A DNA stretch of 64,000 nt from positions 3,942 through 67,941 of the forward strand of contig DASRDY010000225.1 of assembly GCA_035652355.1 (NCBI GenBank), read 5' to 3'. Below, one piece after another: positions 49,063 through 58,730 of this stretch. The notes under the pieces were generated by a model that saw only the letters and a program-made list of their open reading frames with translations, did not search any database and was not told where the DNA came from. Made by a program: the position numbers and the translations under genes. How positions within the stretch are numbered: position 1 is the stretch's first letter; each line of letters opens with the position of its first letter. This DNA comes from Blastocatellia bacterium (GTDB lineage Bacteria > Acidobacteriota > Blastocatellia > DASRDY01).

Positions 49063-51723
49063 ATGAAGAATGCCGGCGATTCCAAACCACGGCCAAGAGG
49101 CTACATCTGGTTGATTAAAGCGATCAGCCTGTTTGTTCCTTCTCGTCTTCGGGCCGAATGGAAACTGGAATGGCAATCAGAGGGTGAGCATCGCTGGGCG
49201 TTATTGGATGAGTGGCAACGATTGAACTGGAGAACGAAACTGGATTTGCTCAGACGAGGCGCGGGCGCGCTTCTCGATGCGTTGTGGCTTCAGCCTTACC
49301 GGTGGGAGGACGAAATGACTCAGGATCTTCGGTGTGGATTTCGCTCGATGTTAAAGAATCCGGGATTTACGATTTTTGCCGTGATGTCGCTGGCGCTCGG
49401 AATTGGAGCTAATACAGCAATTTTCAGCCTGGTCGACAGAGAATTGGTTCGGCCGCTGCCATATGCGAATCCCGACCAGCTATATACCGTCTGGGCCGCC
49501 AATCCGCAAAAGGGAATTCGCAGGGTGTTGGCATCTTTGCCGGAATATTACGATTGGCAAAGCCAAAACAATGTATTCGATCAAATGGCGACATTGACAA
49601 TTGGCCGTTTGACTCTGACTAGCGGTGACGTTCCGGAATCCGTCCTGGTCGAATACGTTTCTGATAACTTTTTTAATCTTTTAGGAAGATTTCCCGCGCA
49701 AGGTAGAGCTTTCCTGCCGAGCGACGATAAACAGGGAGCATCCGGAGCAGCAATAATCAGCTATAGGTTATGGCAAGGAAGATTTGCGGGCGCGAGCGAC
49801 ATCATTGGCAAACAAGTTATTTTCGGTGACAAGCCATATACAATTATTGGGGTAATGGCGGCAGATTTTCGCAGCCCTATATACACAGCCTCTGATCTAT
49901 TCTTAACCAGTTCAGCCGATCCAGATCTGCTGAATGCCAGAGCGTCGAGACGCCTTTTGGTCCTTGGGCGCCTCAAACAAGAAGTCACAGAATCCCAGGC
50001 GCTTTCCCAGATGAATGCCATAGAGGAGCGAATCGGAGCACAAAATTCAGGTACTGGCGCAGGCTGGGGAATAAAACTGTTTTCTCTGAAGGAAGAACTG
50101 ACCGGAGACATCAGAACGGAGCTTCTGATACTGATGGGAGCAGTAGGTTTTGTCTTGTTAATCGCCTGTACAAACGTAGCGATGTTGTTGTTGACGCGAG
50201 GAAAAAAGAGACGCAAGGAGATGGCGGTTCGCGCGGCTCTAGGCGCGGGTCGATTTCGTCTAATCCGACAGCTTCTAACCGAAAGCGCGCTGTTAGCCGG
50301 AATTGGCGGCGCCATCGGACTTTTGCTGGCCTGGCTGACATTAAAACCGTTAATGTTGATGTTGTCCGTATTAATCGCAGATACAAACGATGTCTCGATT
50401 GATGGAAGAATACTGTTTTTCACATTGATAGTTTCTATCCTGACCGGGGTGGCTTTTGGGATCCTGCCGGCGATAATCGCTTCAAGGACGGATATCAGCG
50501 GTTCTTTAAAGGATTCATCGAGTGGAGGATTTTACGGGCTTCGGCATAACTGGGCCGGAAATACATTGGTTGTGGTCGAAGTTTGTTTGACGCTGGTTTT
50601 GTTAGTCGGTTCTGGTTTAATGGTAAAGACCTTCCTGGGATTACGCTCCGCGGATCAGGGATTCGATTCTTCGACTAAACTGACGCTTTCATTCAATCTT
50701 CAAAAACCTCGTTACACTTCGGAACCACAATACACGAACTTCTTTTATGATCTGCTTTCACGATTAGAAAAACTTCCAAATGTGCAGTCTGTTGCAGCCA
50801 CTACCAGTCTTCCGCTGACCGGCAGCGTCGGCGTTGTCTATTTCTCGATCGGGGGAAGACCGGAAGTGAACGAACAAAAGCCAAGGGCGTTTTACAGCGT
50901 CGTGACGCCGAACTACTTTCAGGTGATGGGTACTCCAATAATAAGCGGCCGTTCGTTTTCAGCGTCGGACAATAAAGCATCGCAACCGGTTTTTATAATA
51001 GGACAGGAAATGTCCAGGAGGTATTGGCCCAATGAAAATCCGATCGGAAAGCAGATAACCTTTAATGACGGCAAGAAGCAGTTGATCGGCGTAATTGTTG
51101 GTGTGGTAGGCGACGAAAGAATCATCTGGTCCGATACCAAAGCCAGGCTGCAGATTTATGCTTCTTTTGATCAGTTGCCGACCTCATATTTCTCTTTCGT
51201 TCTGCAAACGCAAAATGATCCAATTAAATTGGCCTCGAATGTAAGGCAACAAGTAAGGGAAATCGATAAAGATCAGCCAATCGCGGATCTGAAAACAATG
51301 GATCAGGTAGTGGCTGATTCGGTCGCGTTGCCGAGAGATTATGCTTTGCTGATGGCGATTTTCAGCGGCATAGCATTGATCCTGGCAATCGTGGGAATAT
51401 ACGGCGTGATATCGTATTCCGTCTCGCAGCGCACTCACGAAATCAGTATTCGCATGGCACTGGGAGCAAAGCCATTGAACGTGATTCGGTTGATAGTTCA
51501 ACAAGGATTGTGGCTGATTATTATAGGGCTCGCATTGGGAATAGCCTCTTCGATCGCGTTGACGAGGCTTATGACCAGCGTTCTGTATGGAGTGAGCGCG
51601 ACCGATCCACTAACATTCGTGATTATTTCTTTGTTGATGATATTCGTTGCTCTCACAGCCTGCTTTATTCCAGCCCTCAGAGCGACTGAGGTGGACCCGA
51701 TGATGGCGCTCAAGGCAGAATAA
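49063..51723 (+). CDS. ADOP-type permease (duplicated FtsX), downstream of PadR
   Basis: N-terminal WxxEW-rich cytoplasmic extension, then [25 protein letters not shown]. Two FtsX modules. Start at the internal Met MKNAG to avoid overlapping PadR. Confidence 0.8.
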   Translation: MKNAGDSKPRPRGYIWLIKAISLFVPSRLRAEWKLEWQSEGEHRWALLDEWQRLNWRTKLDLLRRGAGALLDALWLQPYRWEDEMTQDLRCGFRSMLKNPGFTIFAVMSLALGIGANTAIFSLVDRELVRPLPYANPDQLYTVWAANPQKGIRRVLASLPEYYDWQSQNNVFDQMATLTIGRLTLTSGDVPESVLVEYVSDNFFNLLGRFPAQGRAFLPSDDKQGASGAAIISYRLWQGRFAGASDIIGKQVIFGDKPYTIIGVMAADFRSPIYTASDLFLTSSADPDLLNARASRRLLVLGRLKQEVTESQALSQMNAIEERIGAQNSGTGAGWGIKLFSLKEELTGDIRTELLILMGAVGFVLLIACTNVAMLLLTRGKKRRKEMAVRAALGAGRFRLIRQLLTESALLAGIGGAIGLLLAWLTLKPLMLMLSVLIADTNDVSIDGRILFFTLIVSILTGVAFGILPAIIASRTDISGSLKDSSSGGFYGLRHNWAGNTLVVVEVCLTLVLLVGSGLMVKTFLGLRSADQGFDSSTKLTLSFNLQKPRYTSEPQYTNFFYDLLSRLEKLPNVQSVAATTSLPLTGSVGVVYFSIGGRPEVNEQKPRAFYSVVTPNYFQVMGTPIISGRSFSASDNKASQPVFIIGQEMSRRYWPNENPIGKQITFNDGKKQLIGVIVGVVGDERIIWSDTKARLQIYASFDQLPTSYFSFVLQTQNDPIKLASNVRQQVREIDKDQPIADLKTMDQVVADSVALPRDYALLMAIFSGIALILAIVGIYGVISYSVSQRTHEISIRMALGAKPLNVIRLIVQQGLWLIIIGLALGIASSIALTRLMTSVLYGVSATDPLTFVIISLLMIFVALTACFIPALRATEVDPMMALKAE

Positions 51724-51830
51724 CGTACAACAGGCTGGCAGCCTGTTGTACTCGGAAAATTAGTTGGCTAATCAACGCGGCAGGCGGATAATGTTACATT
51801 CAAATCCAAATCAAAATCCGAGGTCGCGCT

Positions 51831-53990
51831 ATGAGGAATAAACGCCCATTCGTCTATCTATTTATCTTCCTGTTTTCTGCCGTGGTGTTTGCTTTCGTCC
51901 ATACCGACAGGTCGTCTGCTAACGGAAGCTTTACTCTTGAACAGATAATGAGCTCACCCTTTCCGACAGAGCTCACTGCCGCCGCCAGCGGCGGACGGCT
52001 TGCCTGGGTATTCGATGCGCAGGGAAAGCGCAACGTGTGGGTGGCTTCTGCCCCGGAATTTAAAGGACGACAGTTAACGCAGTATTCGAAGGATGACGGA
52101 CAGGAGATCACGCAATTATCGATGAGCCGTGATGGCGCCGTCATCGCTTATACGCGCGGAGGTGATAAGAACACCGTCGGTGAAGTACCCAATCCGGCAG
52201 ACGATCCGGCGGGTGAAAAGCAGCAAGTGTGGGCGATTCGATGGAACGAGACAAAACCGCACCTGATGGGCGAAGGTGACGCTCCGGCGGTTTCACCCGA
52301 CGGAGAATGGGTCGCCTTCGTCAAAGAAGGGCAAATATATTTGTCGCCGAGCACAGGAGCGGCTGAAGGAAAACAGGCATTCGTCGGCCGCGGCAACAAT
52401 GGGTCCGTTACCTGGTTGCCAGATTCCAGTGGTTTTGTGTTTGTCAGTAATCGTGGCGACCACAGCTTTGTAGGCGTCTTCTATCTGGAACAATCAGGCG
52501 CGAAGCGAGTCGCGTCCAGCATGCATTGGATTTCACCGAGTCTTGACCGCGACAGTATGCCGCGCCTCTCACCTGATGGCCGACAGATCGCGTTCGTTCG
52601 CAATATCAACGCTGGCGGCGGAAATGGCGGTGGAAGAGGCAACGGCGGTGGAGGAGGATTCGGTGGCGGCGCTGTGTGGGAAATTATGGTTAGCGACCTT
52701 GCTAGCGGTAAAGCTCACGAAGTATGGCACAGCGACGGCAAAGCCGAATCCGCGGTGGATCGCAGGCTCGGCGAAAATGCCTTTATGTGGGGCGCGGATA
52801 ACAGGTTCGTTTTTGCTTCGGAGCAGGATGGATGGTCGCATTTGTATTCCGTTTCAGGCTCAGGCGGAGAGCCTGTGTTGCTGACTCCCGGCCAGTGAGA
52901 AGTGGAACACATAACGATGACGCCGGATCGCAAGACGGTTGTTTACTCATCTAATTGCGGTGATATTGATAGAAGGCATCTCTCTAGCGTTTCCGTCAGC
53001 GGCGGTCAACCAGTTGCAGTCACATCAGGCGACAAGCTGGAATGGAGTCCCGTCGTAACGGGCGACAGCGATTTCATTGCATATCTTGGCTCCGATGCGC
53101 GGATGCCCGCAATGCCATACGCGCGATCGTTTTCGGGCGGCACGGCCAAACCAATAGCGGCGGATGCTCTGCCAAAAGATTTCCCGACATCTCAACTGGT
53201 CGTTCCGCAGCAAGTGATTTTCAAAGCTGAGGACGGAACAGAGATTCACGGCCAATTGTTCATGCCGCCAGGAGCGACTGGACAGTCCAAACTGCCAGCA
53301 CTCGTCCACATGCACGGAGGTCCTCCGCGTCAGATGCTGCTTGGTTGGCATTACCTTTACTATTATCACAACGCCTATGCGATGAATCAGTATATGGCCA
53401 GCAAAGGATATGTAGTTCTGACAGTAAATTATCGAACGGGGATCGGCTATGGTCGCGCTTTCCGAATGGCTCCGAAAACGGGATCACGCGGCGCGGCGGA
53501 ATATCAAGATATCGTTGCAGCAGGGAAGTATTTGCAAAACCGGTCTGATGTTGATCGCTCGAAGATCGGTTTGTGGGGTGGTTCTTACGGTGGGTTCCTG
53601 ACTGCAATGGGTTTGGCGCATAACTCTGATATTTTTGCAGCCGGTGTCGATATGCACGGCGTTCACGACTGGTCTGTGAGAGTAGCCGGCGCTCCGGGAT
53701 TTCAACCGCAATCACCTGAGGCAACGAAGCTGGCATTGGAGTCTTCGCCAGTATCGGCAATTGCCACCTGGAAATCGCCGGTTTTGTTAATTCACGGCGA
53801 CGACGACCGTAACGTGGCATTTAGTCAATCGGTAGAATTGATAAGATTATTAAGAGCCCATAACGTCTACGTTGAGCAGTTGATATTCCCCGACGAGATT
53901 CACGATTTCCTGATGCACAAGACATGGCTCGCTGCGTACGCGGCGACGGAGGATTTCTTTAACAGGAAATTAAAGGGTGCGGAAAGATAG
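51831..53990 (+). pseudogene. S9 family peptidase (PD40/TolB-like propeller + alpha/beta hydrolase) interrupted by in-frame TGA at 52896-52898
   Basis: ORFs 51831..52898 and 52902..53990 are in the same frame, separated only by a TGA (..LLTPGQ*EVEHITM..). The C-terminus has the S9 catalytic region (GGSYGGFL...HGDDD...H). Confidence 0.7.
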
Positions 53991-54116
53991 CCCCAATGGG
54001 TCGACGAATTCATGCCAGGCCGCTGAAGAGCTGACCTGGCATGATTAACAACAGCTTTGCCAATGTTCTAATCTGACTTATTATTTACATAGAGTTTTTG
54101 TTGAAGAGGATCAGTA

Positions 54117-54389
54117 ATGAACGTAACTGTTCACATTCCTGACGCAATACAGGAGCGATTGGGGAAGAGAAGGGATGAAATTCCACGATGGCTTCTAGAA
54201 AAAGCCGGACTTGAGGCTTACAAATCCAAGGAAATCTCTGCCCAGGACCTGAGGTTGATGCTTGGCTTCAATACCAGAATGGAGCTTGACGGCTTTTTAA
54301 AATCCAATGGTGTTTTTCTTGAGTACGATGATGAGGAGCTTGCACACGAAGCGGAAACAAGTCAATTCCTAAAACGGACATCGCACTAA
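54117..54389 (+). CDS. UPF0175-family antitoxin-like protein (orphan)
   Basis: MNVTVHIPDAIQERLG...LEKAGLEAYKSKEISAQDLRLMLGF matches the UPF0175 pattern. No DUF3368/PIN partner detected nearby. Confidence 0.45.
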   Translation: MNVTVHIPDAIQERLGKRRDEIPRWLLEKAGLEAYKSKEISAQDLRLMLGFNTRMELDGFLKSNGVFLEYDDEELAHEAETSQFLKRTSH

Positions 54390-54409
54390 TAAACGTCATC
54401 GCTTGCGAC

Positions 54410-55369
54410 TTACTTTTTGTGAATGCCACCAATTAACGAAAAGCTTACTTTAAGCTTTTGAAAAGTCGATATGGGCTTTCCGCTTCTTGTGACAGGCTGG
54501 AATGTAATTCCTGAAGCAGATTTGAGCGCTTGTTCGTTTAGTCCGAACGGGAGGCCCTGAATTACGATTATTGAGGATATTTGGCCGTTGCTTCTGAAAA
54601 GGGCCTGAAGCATGACAACCCCCTGAACATCTTTATCCGATGCTTCCCGCGTGTAGTTCGGACGTGGAGTAGTTAGAATCTGGAGCCGGGTCCATTGTTC
54701 GCTTGATTTTGATTCGGTGAGTTCATTCTCAAATCGTAAGGCTTCGATCTTGTCGAATAGCTCTGCAATTATGTCATCATCGCCGTCCTTTAACTCAAGG
54801 CCCTTTTGATATAACGGAATTATCGTTCCTTCGAAGAAAGGCTGTTTCTCCTTGGCAAGCGCGTCTTTTTCCTGATCTGACGGAAACGTTGGTAGTATAG
54901 TTTTCGGTTTATAGAGTGCCAGTTCAAGATCTCCCATTAGAGAACAGACACGAGCAGACTGGCCTCCCTGGCTCAAAACAGTCTTCACTTCTTCGTATGA
55001 TTCTTTTAGCCGACCATCTTCGGCTAACAGTAAAGCCTTTATGTAGTGGGCGTCCGGATAGACGGTTTGAAGTTTGATTGCAGCATCGACGTACTGCATC
55101 GCTTCAGTTCTTCTAAAAACTTTTCTGTGGAGGATCGCGAGCATCAACTTAGCTTCCGGAAGCCTCTTATCCAGGAACTCTGCGGATTTTAGCTCGTTAA
55201 TAGCCGTTTCATAATTACCGATCGCCATCTCTTGCTTGGCCTTTTCTATGCGAGCCTGGGCCGTATCAATTTGTTGAGTTGCTTGGACACGGAGAACAGG
55301 CTTTGCGAAAAGGCAAAGCAATAAGCTCGAGAGAAACGTAAGTGTTAACAAGAATCTAGCTATTAGCAT
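54410..55369 (-). CDS. TPR-repeat protein with C-terminal TonB-C-like domain
   Basis: Signal/TM N-terminus, TPR-like helices, and a C-terminus (PNYTREASDKDVQGVVMLQALFRSNGQISSIIVIQGLP...ALKSASGITFQPVTRSGKPI) resembling the TonB C-terminal domain. Confidence 0.55.
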   Translation of the reverse strand: MLIARFLLTLTFLSSLLLCLFAKPVLRVQATQQIDTAQARIEKAKQEMAIGNYETAINELKSAEFLDKRLPEAKLMLAILHRKVFRRTEAMQYVDAAIKLQTVYPDAHYIKALLLAEDGRLKESYEEVKTVLSQGGQSARVCSLMGDLELALYKPKTILPTFPSDQEKDALAKEKQPFFEGTIIPLYQKGLELKDGDDDIIAELFDKIEALRFENELTESKSSEQWTRLQILTTPRPNYTREASDKDVQGVVMLQALFRSNGQISSIIVIQGLPFGLNEQALKSASGITFQPVTRSGKPISTFQKLKVSFSLIGGIHKK

Positions 55370-55443
55370 ATTCCTTTTTGAGGGCGCTTAATTAATGGAG
55401 TGGGAGCAACTGGTTCGAATTGCTCCCAGTTTATGAACAATTT

Positions 55444-57012
55444 TCAATTTCGGCCCGGCCCGTTCTGAGTCTGAACCTGATGATGCGGCAGAGCTTCAGT
55501 CATCTCTGACGTATTCCAGGCCCAGGCGGCCAAAAATGCCGCGCCCTGATTAACCTGGTCCGGAATCACTTTGTCAAAAGTATCTGTCTGGCTGTGGTGG
55601 TTCTCGCGATAATGCGCCGGTTCCTGCACGCAGAAATACGCCGGAATTCCTTCTCGCTGGAACGCGACGTGATCGGACGACCCGAAATATCGAGTGCTGA
55701 GCGGTTGCAGATTGAAAACCTCCTGCAATGGTTGATAAATCTGCGTCATGGTCGGTGCCGTCTCGTAATAATTTTCCAGAGCAATGCTCTTAACCGCGCC
55801 AGTACCCGTGTCGTGCACCAACACAGCGTCGACCTTTGGCATCTCTGCTTTGTGGTTGGTAATAAATGTTCTGACTCCAACGCCGCCTTGTTCTTCGCCT
55901 GTGAAGAGAATGAACGTGATCGTGCGTTTCGGCTTTAGACCAAGAGCGTGAATAGTTCGCGCGGCCTCCAGAACAGCCATCGATCCCGTACCGTTGTCGG
56001 TAGCGCCTTGACCAAGATCCCACGAATCGAGGTGCCCTCCGATGATGACTCTCTCGTCAGGAAATTCCGAGCCCTTGATTTCGGCGACAGTGATCGAGGC
56101 TTTTTGCGGTCCAGTAACATGGCTGGTGATATTGACCTTCATTGAAACACTGCCTGCGCTCGCAAGGCGATATAGAAGGCTGTAGTCTTCATGGGTAATA
56201 AAAGCTGATGGGAAAGGCGATTCATTGTAACCGCCACCGGCGCCGCCCATATTGAAAAGGCTGTCGGTCTTGCCGCTGTCACGAAGTTGAACGCCGACTT
56301 GTTCTGCTTGCAACGCCTGATTCAGGTTAAATCGCTGGCCCATTCCGCGTTGTCCCTGAGTCGGAACACCTCGTTGAGGCGGAATCACGGCATCGTAAGC
56401 GTTGTCAGGGATTTCATTTTCTGGTGCGAGTTTTGAAGGAGGCGCGGCCAAAATTATCGCATCTTTCAACTTGCCTTTGTATTTTGCGTTGAACTCTTCT
56501 TCGCTTTCCGCCTGAAGGATAACGACGTTGCCGGTGATTTCACCTGATGTCGATTTGCTCCAGCCTGCGGCGTGTATTCCGACGATCTTCTGAACCGGAC
56601 TGACGATCATCGCGGTGTCTATGCCGCGCTGGAAACCGTGGGGAATCTCGGCATCTTCAAGATGAGCATCAATGCCATAATCTTTGAACCGTTGAAGTGT
56701 CCAATCGCTGGCTCGCTGCATCTGAGGGCTGCCCGTGAGCCGCGCGCCGATTTGCGTGCATAAATATTCGAGATTCTTCATCAGCTCTGAATGAGCTTTA
56801 ACTTCGTCGGCGATCCTTTGATCGTCTTTCTCCATTGCTGTTCTGTAGGCCCTTTCGGCATCATTTCCCGCGTTGCCTCTCTGTCCACCGCGACCTGCCG
56901 GCGGCGTCTGGGCAAATGCGTAAACACCGAGGCTCAGCGCGAGAATGGCAGTAATTGCCACCGCTCTGCGCGCGTTGCATATTTTTTGAATGACCAGATC
57001 AAAGGTTCTCAT
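55444..57012 (-). CDS. M28 family metallopeptidase (aminopeptidase) with PA domain
   Basis: M28 metal-binding motifs GGHLDSWDLGQGATDNGTG and FILFTGEEQGGVG. Signal peptide. Confidence 0.75.
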   Translation of the reverse strand: MRTFDLVIQKICNARRAVAITAILALSLGVYAFAQTPPAGRGGQRGNAGNDAERAYRTAMEKDDQRIADEVKAHSELMKNLEYLCTQIGARLTGSPQMQRASDWTLQRFKDYGIDAHLEDAEIPHGFQRGIDTAMIVSPVQKIVGIHAAGWSKSTSGEITGNVVILQAESEEEFNAKYKGKLKDAIILAAPPSKLAPENEIPDNAYDAVIPPQRGVPTQGQRGMGQRFNLNQALQAEQVGVQLRDSGKTDSLFNMGGAGGGYNESPFPSAFITHEDYSLLYRLASAGSVSMKVNITSHVTGPQKASITVAEIKGSEFPDERVIIGGHLDSWDLGQGATDNGTGSMAVLEAARTIHALGLKPKRTITFILFTGEEQGGVGVRTFITNHKAEMPKVDAVLVHDTGTGAVKSIALENYYETAPTMTQIYQPLQEVFNLQPLSTRYFGSSDHVAFQREGIPAYFCVQEPAHYRENHHSQTDTFDKVIPDQVNQGAAFLAAWAWNTSEMTEALPHHQVQTQNGPGRN

Positions 57013-57209
57013 ATGCTCAACCGTTCCTCTCCTATAGACGAGTTGTACTTGTCTGAAATGTTTTTGGGAATATCCGTAATCAACCGAACCGTGGAAAATG
57101 AATTACAGTCTATCACAAATTTCTCTGAGTAAAACAAGATGAACAGTGCGCTTGCGCCGTCAGATGAAGCGATGCATTATAGCTTTGCGAGGAGATAAAC
57201 AACAATCAA

Positions 57210-58520
57210 GTGGAAGAACCCGGTAAACAAGAAGATTCAAAAGGCGGCCTTTTAAAAGCTTTGGCGATTGATGTAAGGCCGCTGAAATACTCGCGAGAAT
57301 ATCGCCTTCTTTTCGTAGGACAGTTTGTCTCCTATTTCGGGTCGGCAATCAGCTATGTAGTCCTGCCATGGCAAGTCTATCAATTAACGAAATCGACCTT
57401 TGCCGTCGGCATGCTCGGTGTTGTTGAGTTCGGACCGATGTTTGTGATGGCTTTCGTTGGTGGATCGCTGGCAGATTACATAGATCGAAGACGATTGATC
57501 ATCCTTGCGGAGACCGGACTCACGCTTTGCTGCGGATTGCTGATCGTGAATTCATTATTGCCAAAACCGCACGCCTGGATATTGTTCCTGGTGTCGGCTC
57601 TCTTTGCGGCACTCAATAGTCTGCACCGACCTGCGCTCGAGTCATTAACCCCGCGACTTGTAGACCCCGGGCACTATACGGCCGTTGCGGCGCTCAATGC
57701 ATTTCGTTACAGCTTTAGTTACATCGTCGGTCCTGCGTTCGGGGGAATAATTGCAGCAAGCCTCGGCGCGGCCTTCGCCTTTTCAATAGATGCCGCAACG
57801 TTCATTGTCTCGATAATTACGGTATTGTTGATTTCGCCGGTTCCTGTACCGAAAGATCCCGATCCTGTCGGCTTTCGCTCCATCATCACAGGTTTCAAAT
57901 ATGCTCGCAGTCGGCAAGAGTTGTTGGGAACTTATTTGATCGACCTGAACGCGATGTTCTTTGGAATGCCGATGGCCTTATTTCCGGCGATAGCGGAAGG
58001 ATTCGGAAAATCTTCGCTGGGGCTACTTTACGCAATGCCAGCGGTGGGGTCGCTGGTAGTATCGCTGACTTCGGGTTGGACTTCGCGGATAAACCGCCAG
58101 GGGCTAGGCGTTACGATAGCGGCAACGTTGTGGGGCGTCGCGATTGTATTTTTCGGACTTACCCGGAATTTGTGGCTGGCGCTGTTCTTTCTTGTATTAG
58201 CTGGCGGAGCCGATTGCGTCAGCGGTCTATTCCTAATGACAATCTGGAATCAAACCATTCCGGATCATCTGCGCGGAAGATTAGCCGGTATTGAGATGAT
58301 CAGTTATTTGACCGGACCTTATCTTGGCAATGGAGAGGCGGGTTTGGTTGCAAGCAGATTTGGCTTGCGAACTTCGGTTGTGTCGGGAGGTGTACTGTGC
58401 GTGCTCGGCTCCGGAGTGCTCGCTTTATTGTTACCTCAATTCATCAAATACGATGGTCGCGAAGGCTTGGCAAAAAGACAGAAAGAAGAAGCTAAGCGCG
58501 AGTTGATTCAGCGGGCATAA
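57210..58520 (+). CDS. MFS transporter
   Basis: 12-TM organisation with MFS-like loop motifs (GGSLADYIDRRRL). Confidence 0.75.
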   Translation: MEEPGKQEDSKGGLLKALAIDVRPLKYSREYRLLFVGQFVSYFGSAISYVVLPWQVYQLTKSTFAVGMLGVVEFGPMFVMAFVGGSLADYIDRRRLIILAETGLTLCCGLLIVNSLLPKPHAWILFLVSALFAALNSLHRPALESLTPRLVDPGHYTAVAALNAFRYSFSYIVGPAFGGIIAASLGAAFAFSIDAATFIVSIITVLLISPVPVPKDPDPVGFRSIITGFKYARSRQELLGTYLIDLNAMFFGMPMALFPAIAEGFGKSSLGLLYAMPAVGSLVVSLTSGWTSRINRQGLGVTIAATLWGVAIVFFGLTRNLWLALFFLVLAGGADCVSGLFLMTIWNQTIPDHLRGRLAGIEMISYLTGPYLGNGEAGLVASRFGLRTSVVSGGVLCVLGSGVLALLLPQFIKYDGREGLAKRQKEEAKRELIQRA

Positions 58521-58555
58521 ACCAAGCTAAATTGAATCGCCAACAGCAAAACATT

Positions 58556-58669
58556 TGTGGGGGCAAGGCTTGTCCGTGCCCGGATTGCCGTAGGCAGTCA
58601 AACATTATGATACCAGCCGATTTCATCGTGCTGCACACGATCCGGGCAAGGACAAGCCTTGCCCCTACA
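58556..58669. repeat. Palindromic intergenic repeat element, copy B (inverted orientation relative to copy A)
   Basis: The reverse complement aligns with copy A along its entire length. Arms ggggcaaggcttgtccgtgcccggat / atccgggcaaggacaagccttgcccc. Confidence 0.7.
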
Positions 58670-58730
58670 TTCATATCGCATTTGATCCATTAGATTCAGT
58701 TTGTCCTATAATCACCATGGACTTGGTTAC

